Below, piece by piece: positions 57,151 through 64,000 of a DNA stretch of 64,000 nucleotides. The notes under the pieces are model-generated. The model saw only the letters and a list, made by a program, of their open reading frames with translations, searched no databases and was not told where the DNA came from. The stretch comes from the human T2T-CHM13v2.0 reference genome, Homo sapiens. The translations under genes were made by a program, and so were the position numbers. The DNA lies in NCBI RefSeq assembly GCF_009914755.1, contig NC_060929.1; one strand, 5' to 3'. Position 1 is the stretch's first letter; each line of letters begins with the position of its first letter.

Positions 57151-58447
57151 TCAGCCATGTCTTCCGTTGACAGCATTCAAGTCTGGAAAGTCGACAGTTG
57201 ATGACAGTCAGTCACTTAATTTTTTAGGTCACAGGACACACCACTGAGCCCCTGAGCTCTGAGCTGCTCACACCACTTCTGGTGATGCAGACAGTTGAAA
57301 CCATCAGTTAAAACCTGCTAAGCTTATGGAAAATAACACCACCATGCTATGTCCTCCTTCTGTTTTTGCCTAAGAAAACCAACAAGCTCTGAAGCAATTC
57401 CTTTCAAATGTATATGGGGTTCTTGTTGCATTAGGAAATGCATGTACTTTCATCTTGAACATACTTTTGGGTAAAAAAAAAAAAAAAGCTTGATTTTCTA
57501 CTGTGTTTCTTGTTAAGACATTAAAGCAATATAAATAAAAATTGTGAAATTTCCCAACCAGTAGAACTGCAGACTGAGAGCATAAAATAGGAATGAGAAC
57601 AGGTGAAAATAAGAGAGATCATTTTTAGATATTTTTTCATTAAATGTTTGAGACTCAATTATATTAATATTTACAGCTAACTAAAGATATTTTTTCTTCA
57701 CTTACTTTATTTTATGAAAAAGTTTTCAATTTTTTCTACCCAGACTGTATCATATTCCATCTTTCGTCCTTATTTCTCTCCTATTTCTTGTATTCTCACT
57801 CTTTTTTCATACTTTCCTTTCACAGTTAGACTCTCTTTCCATCTTTTCCTTCATCCATTTTTGTCTCTTTGTTCAGTTTATACAACCATGTGGCATTAAC
57901 CAGCTAACCAGCCAGAGACCAACATTCAGTCTGAAGATCATCCTATGTTTATAGGGACATGGTTATAAAAACTCTTCAGGAAACCTGATGTTGATGATGC
58001 TTTCTGTTAACTGATGTTCTCTGGAGTTGCAGTGATTGAATGTAGTTATTACAGCTCTCCTTTTATCTCCTCTAAGTTCAAGTCTGGGTCATTGCAACAG
58101 ACTTCTCTTCTTAGCTCCTGGCTGTCCATGGGCTTTGTGCCCTCCTCAGAGGCTGCTTTATTCTTGGTGGATGGAGTGGGTGGTGGGTGGTCTGGAGGTA
58201 TTTTGCACTTGAATTTCTATTCCCATACTTTCCAGTGTCCAGGCAGTAACTCTGTCGTCACTCACCTTACTCTTTCCTCAGCATCTTATTTTTCAGGTGA
58301 ACATTAAAAAATATCTCTTTATGTCAAAATCAGCTAATCCTTCATAAACTAAATGCTAAGCCATCTTTTGCCATTGATATTCCTGCCTTGCTTGGTTATG
58401 GAGTTTTTAACGCTAGATAATAACATTTTTTTTCCTCTGGGACTTTC

Positions 58448-58568
58448 AATGTTGAAATTCTTAAAATGTTGAAATTCTTAAAAAGTGTAGATAAACATTG
58501 GGGTGGTAGATCATGGGATATAGAATGTAGATAAACATTGGGCTAGTAGATCATGGGATATAGAATGT
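58448..58568. repeat. Adjacent 17-bp and 40-bp tandem duplications
   Basis: AATGTTGAAATTCTTAA twice (58448-58481), then TGTAGATAAACATTGGG(G/C)T(G/A)GTAGATCATGGGATATAGAA twice (58486-58565). Confidence 0.95.
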
Positions 58569-60261
58569 CCCCCTTATGCAGAATCTATGTCAAGTTGTCT
58601 GTCCTACAGAAAAAAAGAAAAAAATGTGTGGGGGGAGTAATTGGTTCTAAAATCAGAGGGGAATGAGCACACAAACATTTCAGAAGTCATCCATCAAGAA
58701 ATTTAATATAACCCCATCTCGCAATTACTTTTACAGGGACAAGTAGAAATGAAAACCTTTAATTTGGCTTACTTCCTTGGTGAAAAGATGGCTAGAAAAC
58801 AAAGAATTTCAAGAAACTAGGAAATAGGTAGAGGAGGAGAATGTTCAACAGGTAATAATTTAAGATTTAATGTTAAGGTTAAAATACTACCCAGACCTTA
58901 TACTGAACCTTTAAAGTTCCAGAGCCAGAGTACTGGAGAGTCATAGATTTCAGTTAGTTGCATTTAGCTAAACTCTAAGATCCTGGATGAGCCTAAATTG
59001 TTTACATGGATCATAAAGTGCTTTATGGATGAATGGACTGATCTGCTACAAGACTAGGCCGTGTTCTCTGTTGTATATTTTGCCTATTCATCGTTTTTTA
59101 TAAGTCTTCAGACACTAAATCTTGGTGTTAAAAGATGTGAGTTACAGAGAGCTATAAAGTTAGCCAGCTGTTCTCAGAAATGTTTTATGTTTAGTGGGTA
59201 TTTGTTTCTTCAATCATCTAGAAAAAGTTGTCATCATAGTGGGCAAACCAGCTTTTCTTTGTCTTTCTTATGACAGGCTATTGAACTGTTGAAGACTGTA
59301 AGATGCATACACATTAATTTTTATTATTTGGTTTGCAATACTAGAGTTTTAGTGTCTGAAAAATATAGTCATATACACTTAACATGTCCTGTTGTAACAA
59401 TTTTACCATCAACTTTTCATCCTGTGAGCTGCTTCCCATTTTTCCTCGAAATTCCAGTATACTGTACAAAATTTTAATCCAATTAATTCTCACCCTTAAT
59501 CATATGTAGGATGAGGTAGCATTTGCTTTCACACTTTGTAGAATAAGGGTTTCACAATGCCCTCATTTTCTCTACTCACAAACTATGAGCTACTTTACTC
59601 TTTTCTCTTATTTAATATATTCTGTTCCCCAAATCTGTCTAATGTCTCCTCTAAATAAGCATTATTCTCTGAATTTTGTTTTCCTGAATCATTTTTCCAA
59701 CCTGAAATTTAACAAAAGCTATACACTAGAGAGAAGAGAAAATATATGATGTGTTATCTGTTAGTAACTGAGTTCCCTAAGACTAAATTATATTGGATTA
59801 ATTTAAATATAGCACAGCAAATTTCTGTAGCTAGCCTTTATACTTCCCATCTTTAAATACAAAGGTTATGCAGAAAGTCATATAATTAAATTAGGAATTC
59901 CTTAGGAGAAGGAAAAATAAATAAATAGTGTCATTAATGAGACCGTAAAACTGGAAGGAGAAAAGACTGCATAGAGGTCAAAGGAAATGGAGCACGGGTC
60001 ATGGAGAGAAAATTCCCCGAAGAAGCATATTTCAGACAACTACTGTTTTAATAAAACTACTTCTTGGCACAAGCTTAAAGTTAACCTCTAGTTACTGTTT
60101 CATACAGGATCCAGGACAGGGGAGTATATAATATAATAGTATATAATAATACTATTACCTCCTTTGTATATAATTTGATAATTTTTAGGACCTTCTCTAT
60201 CCATTAATACTGTGAAGTCAAATCCTTCAAAAATGCTCAGGGAAAGTAGGGAACAGAGGCC

Positions 60262-60331
60262 CACGCCTGTAGTCCCAGCCACTCAGGGTGCTGAGGCAGG
60301 AGGATCACTTGAGCCCAGGAGTTTGAAGCCA
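60262..60331 (+). mobile_element. AluJ/FLAM fragment
   Basis: CACGCCTGTAGTCCCAGC..GCTGAGGCAGGAGGATCACTTGAGCCCAGGAGTTTGA. Confidence 0.8.
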
Positions 60332-62589
60332 GGTGTGTTTCAATTCTCTCTATTCTCAGAATACTTTGCTTGAGCACTCCCCTTCCTAGTGCTGTCTGAA
60401 CACCCATGGATCTCAAGGTCTGCTGCCTTCCTGAAGCATGCTTTGCAGGATAGATTGGTCTAATTAAAATGATTTTGCCAGATGTTCTGTCCTGTCAGCA
60501 GAATTGCATGGGGAATTTGCAATAAGACGATTGTACAAATGGTTCTTACTGTATGCCTTTTCTTACCTCAGAGGGGTATTACATGCAGGAGAATCTTTAT
60601 CAAACATACTGCATAACGGAGAACGAATCTGAGGGACCCTGGAAAGGAATGTGGCATTAAAACAAAAGGACTTTCAGTGCCTCTCACTGCTTTCTGACTT
60701 GTAATCACTTTTCAGTGGCTTCCAGACAGCTGCAAGAGGCCCCAGTAATTTTACTGTGTGGTTGTGACGTGTGTGAATGGATTTCGTGTAATTCAGTGTG
60801 TGAAATGTGAAATGTGTGTTCACTTCACGCTCAACTGAAGGCTACAATTTTATCTTGTAGTATTGGGGATTTTGTAAGTTTGGCTTTCATGTTTTGTCAC
60901 TTTAGAAAAAGCTGCTGATAGAATTTACACCTCCTTTAACTCTCACAGAACTCTATAGAGTAAGATTATTTACTGAAAATCATATGAATAATTGAAATAA
61001 CTGATTAAGATAAACATACATAAGAAGTTGGCATCATGACGATGTCAGAAAGTGGCATTAGGTTTTAAGAGGTGAAATGGAAGTTTTAAATCTCAAACAA
61101 TTGAAAAATACTCAGACACTTTTAAAAATCTTTCTTACTGGATTAAATTACTTGTTTTATAAACATCTAAGCTTTAAAACGTTTTAGGTACTTGGGCCAA
61201 TCTCAAAATAAGCTAAACAAATACATTATGACACTTCTTATACAATATGCACAGAAATGTACGGCAGACTAGCAGAATAGGCTTTTTCCCAGATCTCTTA
61301 ATTTTTACAATTATAGAATTATGCAAAATTAATTTAGGGAAATTATAAAACATAGTATAAAAAAGCCGGAAAAAGTCACTGATAACTCGTATCTCCTGCC
61401 CTACCTGCCACTGTCAAAAATGTTGAGAAGATGATATAGTTCTGTGAGGGTATGTTATATTCACATTATGTGATAATATGTGTGATATTATGTATTTCTT
61501 CTTTTTTACATCACACATATTTTCCAGGAAGATAAAAATTTCTTTGTAGATATCTTCTCTGATCATTGTATAAGAGTATATAATTGAGCACAGTAAATCT
61601 AAACACAATTCAAACTGGAAAACTGTTTGGGGTTGTGTGTTGTTAACCTCTTTTAGAGCAGCATAGAATAATTGTTTGCAGCAGATTCTAGGGCCAGGGT
61701 TCTGTCACTTATTAACTGTTAATTTGGCAAATTCTTCTACCTCTCTGGATGTTAACTACCCGGCCTGAAAAGTGGCAAAAACATTATATCCACTTCACTG
61801 GTTAGTTCTGAGGATTCAAATAATAATATAATAATTTCCTGTAGAAGCAGAAGTTTCATGGATACAAATATGAGGTTTAATTTTTTCTCCATTGCCTATT
61901 TCCAACTGTGATAGTTAATCTTTCTTTCTGTCTCCTTAACATTTGTGGGAGTTTTCAATACTCTGTGATCATTTTCAGCTATCACAATGTCAGTGCAGTT
62001 CAGTTGAAAACTTCAATCATACCTTCACCCTCCACAAGTTTGGGCTTTCAAGTAATCGAGAATGGTCTACATTTCTATTAATCCAGTCTGCGAGGGGGGA
62101 GACAGGATTAGATCAAAGAACACATGTCATTTTACCTATCTTGGCTTCAAAACTGTCTTCCCAAGCTCTTTGGCTGAGGCCAGTTGACCACTATTGATGC
62201 CCTCACTGTGGCAGTAATTCAAGCACTTGCTTTCTCAATGGGTACTCATGCACAGTTCGCACTGTGTCTGCAGGATTTTACCACTGCACTTATTTTGACT
62301 CTAGTTCAACTCTTTCATTCCCCCTCAGCTCTCACCAATGGCTGACTCTTAGTAGTTCTTGCCACTGTAATTCCCTTAGACTCTTGGAATGGGATGGAGA
62401 ATGTTGAGGAGACAGTGCCACACAAACTTCTGTGACATTTTTTGATCAATGTTACCCCAAATTAATGCTGTTTGCAGCTCCCCTGGTGGGTAGCAATGTC
62501 ACCCAAACATGCAAAGGCATGACCTATACAGTTGGGCAAATAAGAGAGAATTCTCTACTGTTCCATTTGCAAATGAAAACATCCCAAGG

Positions 62590-62790
62590 AAGACAAACTG
62601 AAAATGTTTGGGCTTTGGAATCTGTCAGATCTGACCTTAAGGCCTGGTCCTTCAGTTTCCTACTTTGCGAATATGTGACCTTTGGTATATTGTACAGACC
62701 CTCTGGCAATCAATTTCCTGAACTCTGGATATGTAACATGGAAATAAGGAGGCCATATAGTTGTTATAAAGATTCAATGATATGTGGTAT
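62590..62790 (+). mobile_element. MIR fragment
   Basis: GGGCTTTGGAATCTG..ATGTGACCTTTGG..CAATTTCCT..TGTAACATGGAAATAA..GTTGTTATAAAGATTCAATGA. Confidence 0.6.
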
Positions 62791-62869
62791 TCCGATAAAT
62801 GTCTGTAACTTCTTTATTCTTTCTCTTTATTCATTCTATAAAAAAGCATGGCCTGTGTCTTTCCTTTTT

Positions 62870-62928
62870 CCCTCCCCTCCCCTCCCCTCCCCTCCCTTCC
62901 CCTCCACTCCCCTCTCCTCTCCTCTCCT
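62870..62928. repeat. (CCCCT)n-type simple repeat
   Basis: Direct reading. Confidence 0.9.
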
Positions 62929-63872
62929 TTTGCTGCTGAGAAGAAATGGAAAAGTATTTGGAAACAGGGATAAATGAATGACATGACTGGCCAGTGCCAG
63001 GAGGAGAGTGAGACTATCACTGTGCTAGGAGTCAATCACCACATTTGATGAACCCCAGACACAAAGCTTTCTATGCTTTGGCTAGAGTATGGAGTTTTTT
63101 ATGGCTTTCTCATTTTGATGGAGTATAACGATAAGAAAGGTGAACACGAAAGAAGGGGTCTATCCCTTTTAATCTGTAAGAATGTAACTTCAAGATCAAA
63201 GGAGAGAATGGTACAGACTAAAAATTTCTTTCAAATGAGAGGAGTATAAAATGCATATGAATAAATTCATAGATCATCATATAGAGTTTCCAAATAATTC
63301 TTGAAGCAGTTTGCAATTTCCCTGGTTATCTGCAATGATGTGGAATTCAAAATCCTATGTCCCTTACTTTAATATTTATAAGAAATATGTATGGAAGAAG
63401 CTTGAAAATACAGGCTGAGAATTGAATCACCAATATTTTCAGACACACATTAAGATTTGAATTAACTGCCTTCAAAATTTACTTGTGATAGAAAATTCTG
63501 AGCTGATAGGTATTTCTAAGTTGCTAAAATAACTGTACAGGCAATAAACTTTAGCATTGTTTCCCCTACAGGAAAAATATGCTGAACAGGTTTGATAAAA
63601 TTTTGTATTGAGAAATAGGGAAGCAGTGGGTCAGGTGGGGAGAAAAAGGGGAAAGGGATGCTGAAGGGAAGAGAGAATTAACACACAGCAGAAGCACTGA
63701 AGCTTTAACTTAAATACAAATGATTTTCAGACTGTGTTCTAGAATACAAGGGTGATAGTCATAATTGCCCAGCTGTTTGTTTGGAGAGTTCAGCAGCTGC
63801 ACATAAGTGACTACATAGATACAGGGTTTTTTGTCTTTTTTTCAATTCTGTGTCACTCTTGGTGGTGGGAGA

Positions 63873-64000
63873 TTTTTGTTTGTTTCTTTTTTTGAGATGG
63901 AGTCTCACTCTGTTGTGAGGATGTAGTGCAGTGCTGCGATCTCAGCTCACCGCAACCTCCGCCTCTCGGGTTCAAGTGATTCTCCTGCCCCAGCCTCCTG
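63873..64000 (-). mobile_element. AluS, cut by the window end
   Basis: GAGATGGAGTCTCACTCTGTTG..GCAACCTCCGCCTCTCGGGTTCAAGTGATTCTCCTGCC. Confidence 0.9.

Noticed and set aside
62432-62977. 181-aa ORF, the longest non-L1 ORF
   Set aside because: GTG start; runs through a MIR and a (CCCCT)n repeat; no recognisable domain.

Overview
Human (hominid) non-coding genomic DNA: AT-rich, CpG-depleted and dense in interspersed repeats. An AluYb-lineage insertion points to human. I recognise no host protein-coding exon, RNA gene or CpG island; nearly all ORF-track entries are chance or repeat-derived. The main feature is a full-length but inactivated L1PA4/5-type LINE-1 on the minus strand (10340-16486) with a 14-bp TSD, disrupted ORF1/ORF2, a truncated ORF0 and the ~129-bp ZNF93-bound 5'UTR segment. 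Also present are Alus, MaLR/ERV1/ERVL LTRs, DNA transposons, old L1/L2/MIR fragments and simple repeats. I found no convincing novel biological system. The observations most worth checking are a cluster of short local templated duplications at 29-33 kb, a palindromic minisatellite carrying eight D-box motifs, a tandem repeat creating a p53-type site, a CpG-retaining palindromic island and two candidate exons. Subfamily names come from recalled consensus sequences, not database searches, and boundaries of old repeats are approximate.
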